From Akkermansiaceae bacterium (lineage in GTDB: Bacteria > Verrucomicrobiota > Verrucomicrobiia > Verrucomicrobiales > Akkermansiaceae): 64,000 nt of DNA. The translations under genes and the position numbers were made by a program. The DNA is taken from positions 128,001 to 192,000 of the forward strand of contig JBPOGF010000002.1 of assembly GCA_051251915.1 (NCBI GenBank), written 5' to 3'. How positions within the stretch are numbered: position 1 is the first letter of the stretch; every line of letters begins with the position of its first letter. This document shows, in pieces, positions 20,601 to 30,349 of this stretch. The notes under the pieces are model-generated. The model was given only the letters and a program-made list of their open reading frames with translations, did no database searches and had not been told where the DNA came from.

Positions 20601-20846
20601 TGAATTTTGAACCGCAGAAAGCGCGGAAGGACGCTCAACCAAGTTGGTGCTTATGAGGGCTTTGGCGTATGCGGATTGTTGTTGATTTATAATGGCTATG
20701 ACTGATGAGGGTAGAGGTAAGTTTTTTCAATGAGTTACTCTCAAAGCGTTTAAGGATCTCTTTAAATTGTATTCGTTTAGATGTCTCACCATACGTTAAT
20801 GATACCGCTGCGTAAAAAAATAAGCTAAATTGTTTCTTAGAGGTTC

Positions 20847-21010
20847 TTTAGATAGTGTTTCACCTCTATAGAGGGCGGGCGCTCTTTCTTTCTAACTATA
20901 TTGTTCCACAGTCATGATGTCCGCAACACTGTGCTCTCGCCCCCGTTCGCCCTTACGGTCTGGATATATCGCTCAGCTCCATTGTCGTCTCGCCTTGATG
21001 GAAAGAAAAA
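20847..21010 (+). mobile_element. Degenerate MITE-like element, related to 54918-54975 and possibly 50033-50198
   Basis: TTTAGATAGTGTTTCAC is identical at 54918-54934 and followed by ~40 bp of similarity. Internal CGCCTTGAT also occurs in the 50 kb element. Confidence 0.45.
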
Positions 21011-21106
21011 ATCACTACTCCATTTGTTTTATTTGTTTCACTACTTGGTATGACTAGCTCTTAAATTATTTACTAATCACGGACAGGTTCATTGCTTTTC
21101 TTTTAT

Positions 21107-22066
21107 TTAGTTGGGGTTTTCTATGAGGTAGTTGATACCGTCAATTAGTAGAAATTTGAAGTTTTCATTGGTCCAGTCTGGCATGGCGTGGCCGGCTGAG
21201 ATGCCTATCACTTTAGATTTACCCTGAGGGCATTCCCACATGGCTACGGCTTTCATTTCTCCCTGTTGTCCATTGATGAGAGGAACCACGCCATCGACCT
21301 CATAGAGATTGTCATAGAGCTCGGTGTCTATCATTACGAAATCTTTTGTAATGCGCTGGGTGGCGGGGTGATCTTTAGCGACGACTGAGTAGGTGACTGG
21401 TTCATGGTCACCGTGTTTGCTGGATGCTATGCCTGTGAAGTCTCCCCAGGCAGGGAAAGCGACGCCTGGATGTTTTGCGGTCCATTTATCTACTAATTCC
21501 TGAGTGGTTCTTGCTGGGCCGTCATTGCCAGGGATGATATTAGCTGTGCCATGTCTGTATGTGGGCCAGAAACAATGCATGGAGCAGTGGATGAGCATAG
21601 CAGGGACGCCGTTGGTGCGGGTTTGTTCCATGATGTTGTGAGTTGCTTCTAGGTCGGCACTGGATGCTATACAAAAATTATAGACGACTGCGTCATATCC
21701 TTTCGCATAATCTTTCTGTTTTAGTAAGCCTAGTAGTTCTGCGTAATTTTGATGTCGTGGGTGTTTTTCTCTGATGGCGGCGTCTTCTGGTGTTGTTCCT
21801 TTTCTCGCTTTTCTCAGATCAGCATAGGAGATGCCGATGTCAGTTTTCATCACGGTTACATCCCAGTCAGCTTCTTTGGCATATTCTTGGAAAAACGATT
21901 CTTGTTGTTTGTAGTCATGAAAGTTTCCAGGGTAATGCGTGACATAGAGCACTTTCTTGCTTTGTGCTTCTGCTACGGCTTCGGTTATCGGCTGCGTTTG
22001 TTTACAGGAGATGAAGATGAAGCCAGCACACAATGGGATGCATAGAATTTTGATTAGATTATTCAT
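21107..22066 (-). CDS. ThuA-like (class I glutamine amidotransferase fold) lipoprotein
   Basis: Lipobox FISC; motifs KVLYVT..PG.FHDY, YDAVVYNFC, PAMLIHCSMH, HPAT, ELY and GH...W. Confidence 0.7.
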   Translation of the reverse strand: MNNLIKILCIPLCAGFIFISCKQTQPITEAVAEAQSKKVLYVTHYPGNFHDYKQQESFFQEYAKEADWDVTVMKTDIGISYADLRKARKGTTPEDAAIREKHPRHQNYAELLGLLKQKDYAKGYDAVVYNFCIASSADLEATHNIMEQTRTNGVPAMLIHCSMHCFWPTYRHGTANIIPGNDGPARTTQELVDKWTAKHPGVAFPAWGDFTGIASSKHGDHEPVTYSVVAKDHPATQRITKDFVMIDTELYDNLYEVDGVVPLINGQQGEMKAVAMWECPQGKSKVIGISAGHAMPDWTNENFKFLLIDGINYLIENPN

Positions 22067-22110
22067 GAGATTATTCTGACAGAAAATTACGTTCGATTCT
22101 TGTTTGTAGG

Positions 22111-23643
22111 CTATTCTACATTGATTGTAGATTGCAGCGAAATAGAGGGGTTTTTGGCATCACCAAAGTTGCCGTTCTCAACTTCTATCGTGGATTCATC
22201 GATGAACTTGCCTACTTCTGAATAGCTTCGGATTGAACAACTATGAAGTTCACCGCTAGCTTTACTACCTGTTACAGTATGAAATTTAATAAACAGGCGG
22301 GCTTTACCGTCGTTGTCATTAGCTAGTTTCTCATAGAGATGAGTGATATCTACGCCTACCTCTAGAGGAGTATCATTGTCAACTCCGGCCATTGGTGTGT
22401 TACCTGGTTTATTTTCACCAAGGATTTCCCAACCGTTTAGATGTTCTGGGTTATAATTGAATTCTGCTTCTACTGCATTTTCATTACTAGATATTCCTAC
22501 AGTCATTCTCAGGTCGGAACGGTCACTATGGGATAATTTCAGTTTTAGAGTTTTACGAGGAGTGTATTGAGCAACTTCGATTCTTCCAAAGAAGTTCCCA
22601 CGGAGCCAAGTTGAATCAGTCATGGCACTGTAAAGAAGATAGATTTTTCCGTTATTGGCAAATTCCTCTCCCCATGAGTTCACGACGATATATGCGCCTT
22701 TCTCCCAGTCTGCTAGAGTTACTTTTCCATCACCGTTGATATCAATGTTATTCGTGATTTTACCATCATCGTTTAAATCGACGGCGACATCATCATCATA
22801 ACCTACGCAAGCGATACCGTGGCCGTATCCTGATGGACCCCACTTTTTCCAGACTTTTTTGCCTTCTTCGTGGCTGCCTTTAGGAATTTCTACGGTTACT
22901 TTTTTCAGCTCTCCCATTCTGCCGTCTAATGCTAGTAATCCGCCTTTAGAAGGTTTTTCTGAATTTGGGTTATTGCGATCGTAGAGCCAGCCACGAACTT
23001 CGTGGAGTTGTTCGATAGTGACTGCTGGGGTGTAGCGGTATCCTGTGACGCGGTTGTTCATCGCGTTGCGCCAGATGTTATAGTCATTAGGCCACAGGCC
23101 AATTTCATTGAGACGGACTCCTCCATAAGTTTCAGCGTCTGGTATACCGATTCTCTTGGCCACTTCCCAACCATGATACGCTTCAGAACCTTGATTCTTG
23201 GCACTATTTACCATGTTCCATGAGAAATGCGCGGGGTAGCTATGTTTGAGAGAATCTGCAGTGTTTCCAGTGAGAACATTCATTTCGTAGGTGAACATGC
23301 TAGCTACTGCGGCAAATTGTCCGCATGCGCCCCAGATTTGCTTGTAGACTGGAGGGAATTCAGGGCGCTCAGAATTATCAATTCGAGATGGAAGACGGGA
23401 AAGGTCTAATTTCTTAGAGCCTACATCTGCGCCCTTTGCTCCTTCCCAAGTGTTATACTTATCCCCTAGAGATGGAGGTCTGGTGAAATGACCTGGATAG
23501 ACAGCATGAGCAGACTGGATTTCTGAAGTGGCTGTTTCTGAGGCATGGGCCATCTGACAAAGAGAAACCGCAAATATGAATTTATAGATTCTCTTGTTGA
23601 CGATGTTTGAGGGTGTGTGCTGGGCGTGATTCTTTCTTAGCAT
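22111..23643 (-). CDS. Secreted papain-like (C1) cysteine peptidase
   Basis: LPSRIDNS, Q.WGACG (oxyanion Gln and catalytic Cys), GHGIACVGYDD (His) and VNSWG (Asn), plus two DxNxDG loops. Confidence 0.82.
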   Translation of the reverse strand: MLRKNHAQHTPSNIVNKRIYKFIFAVSLCQMAHASETATSEIQSAHAVYPGHFTRPPSLGDKYNTWEGAKGADVGSKKLDLSRLPSRIDNSERPEFPPVYKQIWGACGQFAAVASMFTYEMNVLTGNTADSLKHSYPAHFSWNMVNSAKNQGSEAYHGWEVAKRIGIPDAETYGGVRLNEIGLWPNDYNIWRNAMNNRVTGYRYTPAVTIEQLHEVRGWLYDRNNPNSEKPSKGGLLALDGRMGELKKVTVEIPKGSHEEGKKVWKKWGPSGYGHGIACVGYDDDVAVDLNDDGKITNNIDINGDGKVTLADWEKGAYIVVNSWGEEFANNGKIYLLYSAMTDSTWLRGNFFGRIEVAQYTPRKTLKLKLSHSDRSDLRMTVGISSNENAVEAEFNYNPEHLNGWEILGENKPGNTPMAGVDNDTPLEVGVDITHLYEKLANDNDGKARLFIKFHTVTGSKASGELHSCSIRSYSEVGKFIDESTIEVENGNFGDAKNPSISLQSTINVE

Positions 23644-23907
23644 AAGATCTAAAATGGTTATAAAATTTCAATTCAAGTAGGGGAACAAATGTTGAATGAG
23701 AATTATTCAATTATTCAATTGTTCTCTGATTTTCACAATTATGTTCCTGTTATACTGATGTGGGTCGCGGTATCTTTCATTATTTGAAGAAAGGTATTTT
23801 AAGGTGATTCTTCTATGTGGTATTAGAATTCTGTTCGTTCAAAGTTCGTTTCAAGGTTTGATCATTAAATGCCATCTTCTCCGTTCACGCACAGATTCTT
23901 ATTATAC

Positions 23908-26073
23908 TTAGTGTTTTAGTTTTTGTAATAAATACGTGTGTTGGAGAGCCATGCGTTTAGCGGTTTCTTTTAGGTTAGCTGCAGCTGAATGGCCACCATC
24001 TATGTTTTCGTAGTAGAGGAATTTATGCCCTTGATCTTCGAGGCGTTTGGCCATTTTTCGGGCGTGAGCTGGGTGGACTCGGTCGTCTTTTGTGGATGTT
24101 AGGAAGAAGATTTCTGGGTAATCTGTATTGGGTGAGATGTTATGATAGGGTGAGATGGAACGGAGGAATTTACCTTCTTGAGGGTCTTCTGGGTTACCAT
24201 ATTCACCGACCCATGAGGCGCCGGCTAGCAGAGTGTGATAGCGCATCATGTCGAGGAGTGGGACGCTGCAGATGACGGCATTAAAAAGGTCAGGACGTTG
24301 AGTAAACATCACTCCCATTAGTAGGCCGCCGTTTGATCCGCCTTCGATGCCTAGATGGGCTGGAGAGGTGATCTTTTTGTCGATGAGATCTTCTGCTACT
24401 GAGATGAAGTCGTCGTAGATTTTCTGTCTGTTAGTTTTGAGGCCTGCTTGATGCCACTTGGGCCCATATTCACCACCGCCACGGATGTTAGCGAGCACAT
24501 AGACTCCGCCACGCTCGATCCAGAGTTTGCCTCTAGTTGCGCTGTAGGATGGGTTTAACGAGATTTTAAAACCACCGTAGCCGTATAGTAAGGTGGGTGC
24601 GGAGCTGTTCTTTGGTTGGTCTTTTTTACGGATAACGAAGTAGGGGACTTTGGTGCCATCGGTTGAGGTAGAGAAGAACTGTTCAGCAAGCATGCTGTCA
24701 GCATCAAACCAGTCCGGTAGTGACTTGGCTTGGGCTTTTTTCATCGTATTAGTGTTGAGCGTCCAGAGGGTGTCTGGGGTGAGAAAGCTCTCGGTGGAAA
24801 TGAAAGCGATGTCTTCTTTATCGTTGGTAAATCCGATAGAAACAGATCCGTTAGCTGGGAAATCTAGCTTTTTGGAGGCCCATAATTTTCCATTCCAGTC
24901 AAATGCGTGGGCGGATCCTTTCACGTCCGTTGTGGTGCTGAGTAGTAGTTTAGATTTTGTCACTCCTAGGCTACCGATCGATGATTTTGCATCAGGGGCG
25001 TAGACGAGGGAGGTGTTGGGAATTTTCCCATCCTGCATAAAGTCATCGATTGAAAAGCTGACTAGCTCACCACTTTGGTGACCTCGCCAATTTTCATTGA
25101 GTAACAGCAAAATCTGACCTTTGAATTCACCTCTAATGTATGATTTTCTAGGTATCGGGAATTTAATGGCATTACTGATCGAGCCGTCCTTTTTTCTGGG
25201 CAGCCAGAAGGTTTCTGATTCATAAAACGTGATCCCACGTGTAGTGACTATTTCGCGGCGCCCATCAGATAATTCAAAAACCGAAGCACGGTAAGAGACA
25301 TCTGCGGTCTCACCACGGCCTATTTCGATGGCGTCTGTCAGAGGTGTTCCGCGCTTCCATAGTTTAGCGATCATTGGGTAGCCGCTATCAGTTAGGGTGC
25401 CGGGGCCAAAATCAGTTCCAATGACTAGGTGGTCTGCATCTAACCAGTCAGTTCTGCCCTTGGACTCAGGAACTTCGAATCCTCCATCGACGAAGCTCTT
25501 TGTTTTCACATTAAACTCGCGGCGCACGACTGCGTCTTTACCGCCATCAGAAAGGCTGAGGATGGCTAGCTCGTAATCTGGTGCTAAATGGTCGCTACCT
25601 TTGTAAACCCAGTTTTTTCCTTCAGCCTTGGATAGGGCATCAATGTCTAGAATGGTTTCCCAAGTGGGAGTGTCAGAAAGATAGCTCTCCAAGTTAGATT
25701 TCCGCCAGATGCCTCGGACATGAGTAGCATCTTGCCAAAAATTATGAACTTCACCACCACGATATGATACGTAAGGGATCTTGTCTTTTGAATTGAGAAT
25801 CTCTAGCGCCTCTGCCTCCATCACTTGGAACCGAGGGTCAGCCTCAAGACGGTCTAGAGTACGTTTATTCCAACTTTTTACCTCTCCAAGTGCTTTTTCG
25901 CCTAGAACTTCTTCGAGATATAAGTGGTCATTATCGTCCTGCTCGGTAGTGGTAGTAATTTTCATTTTACGGCTTTCTATTGTTGTAGAATCAGCCGGAC
26001 CGGCAGGATAAGAATAAGCAGCTAGTGAGGAGATAAGCAGCGAAATTAGGACGGACTTTCTGAGATGATTCAT
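23908..26073 (-). CDS. Secreted prolyl oligopeptidase (S9A)
   Basis: Motifs PTLLYGYGGF, ANIRGGGEYG, GGSNGGLL (Ser), DDRVHPAHARKM (Asp) and GGH (His); signal peptide. Confidence 0.93.
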   Translation of the reverse strand: MNHLRKSVLISLLISSLAAYSYPAGPADSTTIESRKMKITTTTEQDDNDHLYLEEVLGEKALGEVKSWNKRTLDRLEADPRFQVMEAEALEILNSKDKIPYVSYRGGEVHNFWQDATHVRGIWRKSNLESYLSDTPTWETILDIDALSKAEGKNWVYKGSDHLAPDYELAILSLSDGGKDAVVRREFNVKTKSFVDGGFEVPESKGRTDWLDADHLVIGTDFGPGTLTDSGYPMIAKLWKRGTPLTDAIEIGRGETADVSYRASVFELSDGRREIVTTRGITFYESETFWLPRKKDGSISNAIKFPIPRKSYIRGEFKGQILLLLNENWRGHQSGELVSFSIDDFMQDGKIPNTSLVYAPDAKSSIGSLGVTKSKLLLSTTTDVKGSAHAFDWNGKLWASKKLDFPANGSVSIGFTNDKEDIAFISTESFLTPDTLWTLNTNTMKKAQAKSLPDWFDADSMLAEQFFSTSTDGTKVPYFVIRKKDQPKNSSAPTLLYGYGGFKISLNPSYSATRGKLWIERGGVYVLANIRGGGEYGPKWHQAGLKTNRQKIYDDFISVAEDLIDKKITSPAHLGIEGGSNGGLLMGVMFTQRPDLFNAVICSVPLLDMMRYHTLLAGASWVGEYGNPEDPQEGKFLRSISPYHNISPNTDYPEIFFLTSTKDDRVHPAHARKMAKRLEDQGHKFLYYENIDGGHSAAANLKETAKRMALQHTYLLQKLKH

Positions 26074-26432
26074 GATGTAATAAAGCTCAGAATAAAAAGT
26101 GAATCAAGTTACTAAATGGAAAAGGCCATTAAAGTAGTTGTGGCTATGTTACATGTGGAAAAGTCGTGCGATTTATCTCATATGAGAATCATCCAATGGA
26201 ACGGTAGCTATTTGTAGGTGGGTGATTTTGATTGTGAATATTTACGATTCACGGACTTTAGACTTTTTATCAGTCGGCCTATTGGCGTTCCAAATTAAGT
26301 TGCCTTGGGTGGTACTGGTTTAGAAAGAGTAGCTATCCATTTTAGATTTTAAGGAAGGTTGATTTAGCTCGAAACAAGAGTTATCGATGTAGAAATAGAC
26401 AAAGTAATGGTTGCGTGAAATAAAATAGTTTC

Positions 26433-28454
26433 TTGGGCTGTTATGCTATTATGATTAAATTAAATTTTGTTATTTTGGGCATCTATGGTGCTCTAGCAAT
26501 GTTGTCTGTCGCGGCTGAAAAGTTCGAAAGCAGTCTTAATGACCTTTATTCACATCTTCAGAAGAAAGAGGTGTTAAACGCAGAGGAACTTATGGGTCTA
26601 GAAGAGGATATAATAGATCAGTCAAAAGAGTTCCAGACTGATTTAGGTATGGTAGAGAAAGGGTTTGCTGCAGTTAAGCTCTATGAGTCAGAGTATGGTC
26701 CTCTTTTCATGAATGATAAGGTGAACGGGATGTTTATGCGTTCGAGGTATGAGGGGATTGAGTTGGAAAGGGTGATCTTTGCTCTGCAGCAAGGGCTTTT
26801 GGATTATGCTTATGAGCCGAAGTCTGTCGGCAAAAACTCTGAGGTGTTTGCATTTAAGTTTGAGACAGCGGATTATTTCCCTGGTGTGTGTGAACAGGAA
26901 GTAGCTAAGGAGACTCTTTCTGTGGATATTAATGCTACACAAATCATAGGTTATGGCTATCCGCTTACTGATGATGGGGATGCAGTGCGTAAGCCTACCG
27001 GGTGGTATTTGCCAGCAGGCGAAGTCGCTAAGTTATCGTTTCCTAAAGCATTAGTGAATAAAGGTTTTAATATTCGAGTGGGTGCTCATTCTTGGGATCT
27101 TGCAAAACGTCCAAAGGTGGGGCGTTTGGACCGTGTGTCACTTGTATATCCTATCGATAGCGAGCAAGTAACGATTGCTCATCCTCTGGGTGGGGCAATC
27201 TATATTGAGGTGCCTTGGGAGGCTGATGCAGGTGTGGTAACAATAAATTCTAGAGGCTTAGCAGAGTCTCCATTTTTCTCGACGACTTCTGCGAGGAAGT
27301 TGACGAATGCAGACTGGGAGCGTGAGTTGGCTAAAAAAACACCATGGGTGGATTTTGAATCAGAAAAGTTCATGATGCAGGTTCCATACGCATGGGCGAA
27401 AGAGCTAAAAAATCCTGAGACAATGATGGCAGAGTATGATAACTGTCTGGATCTATATTCAGAATTGGTGGGAAGACCGAAGATTAGATCGAAGCATATT
27501 CTTTACATGCAGGTGGATGTAACATTCCGAGGAAAGGCATTTTTCCCAGGTTACCCACAATCTAATTTCAATTGGGATCCGAAAAATCCAGAGATTACAT
27601 CCCGTGATCATTGGGTGATAGAAGGGGCGCATAAGGCACCTAGTGTGCTGTTCCATGAAATGGGGCATCACTCACGTTTTTCTAAGTTTACGGGTGGCAC
27701 GGAAGCTGTGGTTAACTTTCCTTATGTCTACATTCATAATGTTGGATATGGAACAGACCTGGATCTCGCATTTGGGAAATCTCGAGACAATGCAGCGATC
27801 TCTATCGATGTAGCAGCTGCAGATAGAATGATTTCTCCGACTTTCCGTGCGGGAGAACCTTGTAACATTTCTAACCGACCTGGAGATGAGGTGAAGTATC
27901 AACATCGTGGATATGCAATTTATGGGGATATTGCCAAGCTCTTTGGTTGGGATGTTTTAACGAGTTTCTGGGCTCAAGATCAGGAGAATTACATAGCAGG
28001 ACAAAATAGTGATATGGAGAAAGGGAAGGATTTTCCTAAAGATATCAATAAAGATCCTACTGATAATCGTATTCTGAGATTATCGATCAAGGCTGGTGTA
28101 GACCTTAGGCCGTTAGCTCACTTTTGGGGACGTCATCCTGAGGATTTCAAGGAGCTAGCTAATGCAATGGAGAAAAATGGATTAAAGCCTTCTGCTAAGA
28201 TCTATGATCGGCTACAGCATTATAAATCAGTTGTTCCTATGAGTGCGGATGAATTTTTAGTTCATGCTAAGAAGCTGTTTCCACGTGTCGAACAAGAAGG
28301 GCAGATCCCTAATGAGACTAATCCACTATTCGGGCATGGGCTTTACCGTCTATGGCTTAAAAAATATAATGATGAACATGGGCAAAAATCACAGGATGCT
28401 CTGCAAGATATCATCGATCTTTATTTCCCGAAGGGAAGGCCTACTGCGAAATAG
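26433..28454 (+). CDS. Secreted M60-like zinc metallopeptidase (ATG probably 26451)
   Basis: Motifs PTGWYLPAGE, IRVGAH, PLGGAIYI and PW.DFES, plus HEMGH followed by a downstream E..VN gluzincin motif; signal peptide. Confidence 0.82.
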   Translation: MGCYAIMIKLNFVILGIYGALAMLSVAAEKFESSLNDLYSHLQKKEVLNAEELMGLEEDIIDQSKEFQTDLGMVEKGFAAVKLYESEYGPLFMNDKVNGMFMRSRYEGIELERVIFALQQGLLDYAYEPKSVGKNSEVFAFKFETADYFPGVCEQEVAKETLSVDINATQIIGYGYPLTDDGDAVRKPTGWYLPAGEVAKLSFPKALVNKGFNIRVGAHSWDLAKRPKVGRLDRVSLVYPIDSEQVTIAHPLGGAIYIEVPWEADAGVVTINSRGLAESPFFSTTSARKLTNADWERELAKKTPWVDFESEKFMMQVPYAWAKELKNPETMMAEYDNCLDLYSELVGRPKIRSKHILYMQVDVTFRGKAFFPGYPQSNFNWDPKNPEITSRDHWVIEGAHKAPSVLFHEMGHHSRFSKFTGGTEAVVNFPYVYIHNVGYGTDLDLAFGKSRDNAAISIDVAAADRMISPTFRAGEPCNISNRPGDEVKYQHRGYAIYGDIAKLFGWDVLTSFWAQDQENYIAGQNSDMEKGKDFPKDINKDPTDNRILRLSIKAGVDLRPLAHFWGRHPEDFKELANAMEKNGLKPSAKIYDRLQHYKSVVPMSADEFLVHAKKLFPRVEQEGQIPNETNPLFGHGLYRLWLKKYNDEHGQKSQDALQDIIDLYFPKGRPTAK

Positions 28455-28527
28455 TAGAGCATCAAATTTTAGACAAAGCAAAGGAGGTAGTCTTGTAGCT
28501 GATATGTCTGCGATTTTTAAGTAAAAT

Positions 28528-28585
28528 AAAAGCCTGCTTGGATTTCTCCGAGCGGGCTTTTGTTTGAGTGGTTGTTATGTTGCTA
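28528..28585. terminator. Terminator hairpin and flank, near-duplicate of 31080-31135
   Basis: AAAAGCCTGCTTGGATTTCTCCGAGCGGGCTTTTG followed by TTTGAGTGGTTGTT...TGCTA. Confidence 0.8.
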
Positions 28586-28624
28586 CTACTACTACTACTA
28601 CCTATGTCTTTTACCTATGTCTTT
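28583..28624 (+). repeat. (CTA)6 microsatellite plus a tandem 13-bp duplication
   Basis: CTA x6 at 28583-28600; TACCTATGTCTTT at 28599-28611 and 28612-28624. Confidence 0.85.
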
Positions 28625-28822
28625 CGGTAAAGTACCTAACCTTACAGCGTAACATTTCAGTTTTGCTTAGCTTACCATTCCTCTCCAGAATCTTATTTCC
28701 TCAGCACGGCTAAACCCTCTTCGGCGCTGAGAACTGACTGCTAGGTATTTGCTTTTTTAGTTGTGTCCCTGTGGACGTTGTTGTGGTGATCGTATAGGGG
28801 TAGAAAGGGGGGGGGCTGGGAT

Positions 28823-30322
28823 TTATTTATTGAGGTTTCTTTTAAACTGTGAACGTTCTTTTTCTCCCAGTTTCTGAGTATATTCGAGATTAAATTTACC
28901 AAATCCAGGGGCGTCTTTGAATTTAGGGTTGGGACTAGGTATCTCAGCGTCCATCGCAGTTAGTTGTTGCTCTAGAGCTTCACTGAGTTGCTTCACCTGT
29001 TCAGGATGTGAGCTAGCGAGATCTTTGCGTTCTTCACGATCTGCTTTGATATTAAATAAGAGGTAAGCCCCTTTGGCATCGTTATAAAAACGGATTAGCT
29101 TCCAATCTCCATCGATGATGATGGAGTAAGGCCCAGTCGCATGGGTGTAGTGTGGGTGGTGAAAAACGAGTGGTCTTTGAGAGGGAGATTTACCCTCGGT
29201 TAAAAGAGGCATCAAATTAACCCCATCCACGTGTTGTTCAGGACGTAATGGTAGGCCTGCAGCGCTCAATAGAGTAGGGTAAAGGTCCATATTGATGACT
29301 CTTTCTGAAGTCGTTCCAGGTTTGATCTTGTCCTCCCATTTCACCACGAGTGGCACAGCGGTTCCTGCTTCAAATGGGAAAGATTTCCCTCCTAGGAGAG
29401 GATAGTTAGAAGTGACTTTTGGGGTTAAGCCTCCATTGTCTGAGGTGAAAATGATGAGCGTATTGTCGGTAAGCTTGAGTTTTTCTAAGGTCTCTAACAC
29501 TCTACCAACGCTATCATCGACCGATTCTACCATCGCTGCATAAGCGGGGTTATTTTGGTCATTACCCTTTTTCTTTCGGTATTTTGCGAGCTTTTCAGAT
29601 TTTGGTGAGAGGGGGGTGTGCACTAGATAATGAGAGAGCACCGTGAGCCATGGCTGGTCTTTCTTTTCGGTGATGAATTCAATGCATTGCTGAGTGATCG
29701 CATCGGCTACATATTCATCATCACGGACTCCATCCATGTTGGCGCCTACGTGCTTGAACATCTTCATCCAGTGACCGGATTTCGAGGTGCTGAGCGATCT
29801 TAAGCGATATCCTTTGGCTACATCGAAACCACGTTGGTCAGGATAATAGCCATCTACTTCACCAATATGCCACTTACCAAAGAACCCGGTGGAGTAACCT
29901 CCTTCGGATAGCGCTTTGGCAAAAATAACTTCCTTTTTAGGCAGGACTTGGCGGAATTTAGCTTCGAGCGTTTGGTCCTTACCCCCTTGATATTTACTTA
30001 CTGAATAGAGCTTTTCATTGGCTTGAGCCAGAGCTCCTATGACGGTAGTGACCTTAGTGCGTGCTGGGTTTTTTCCAGAGAAAAGAGCTCCACGTGATGG
30101 CTTGCAAGTGGGCGCTGCAGAATAGGCATCTTTAAAGATAACTCCCTGAGCTGCTAACCGATCAATATGAGGTGTTTCATAGTAGGTGCTGCCAGCAAAG
30201 CCGACATCCTTCCAGCCCATATCATCGATCAGGATGACTAATATATTTGGCTTCTCATTCGCCGAGACGGAGCTGAAGGAGAGGCCTGCTAGTAGGGTAA
30301 TGATGAAATGTTTGATGTGCAT
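28823..30322 (-). CDS. Secreted Cys-type sulfatase
   Basis: Motifs KPNILVILIDDMGW, CKPSRGAL.SG, GKWH.G and FTSDNGG; signal peptide. Confidence 0.92.
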   Translation of the reverse strand: MHIKHFIITLLAGLSFSSVSANEKPNILVILIDDMGWKDVGFAGSTYYETPHIDRLAAQGVIFKDAYSAAPTCKPSRGALFSGKNPARTKVTTVIGALAQANEKLYSVSKYQGGKDQTLEAKFRQVLPKKEVIFAKALSEGGYSTGFFGKWHIGEVDGYYPDQRGFDVAKGYRLRSLSTSKSGHWMKMFKHVGANMDGVRDDEYVADAITQQCIEFITEKKDQPWLTVLSHYLVHTPLSPKSEKLAKYRKKKGNDQNNPAYAAMVESVDDSVGRVLETLEKLKLTDNTLIIFTSDNGGLTPKVTSNYPLLGGKSFPFEAGTAVPLVVKWEDKIKPGTTSERVINMDLYPTLLSAAGLPLRPEQHVDGVNLMPLLTEGKSPSQRPLVFHHPHYTHATGPYSIIIDGDWKLIRFYNDAKGAYLLFNIKADREERKDLASSHPEQVKQLSEALEQQLTAMDAEIPSPNPKFKDAPGFGKFNLEYTQKLGEKERSQFKRNLNK

Positions 30323-30349
30323 ACGTTATTTGTTAATCTTTGGTGATTT

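Noticed and set aside
26242..26253. TTACGATTCACG, also at 3469-3480, as a shared ECF-type promoter element
   Set aside because: Only two occurrences, at very different distances from start codons, with no consistent -35 partner.
26100..26430. Possible degraded gene in the gap between the S9 and M60 peptidases
   Set aside because: The frames I read contained stops and no recognisable motif, so it cannot be supported without a translated search.
28633..28747. Possible glycine or c-di-GMP riboswitch, or a true integron attC site
   Set aside because: GGAGAG and CGCCGAAG occur in the wrong order on the minus strand, the element lies between convergent gene ends, the right core is GCTAGGT rather than GTTRRRY, and there is no integrase. 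Kept only as a generic hairpin.
28807..28815. G9 homopolymer as a phase-variation tract
   Set aside because: It lies downstream of a stop codon between convergent genes, in a G-rich strand context.
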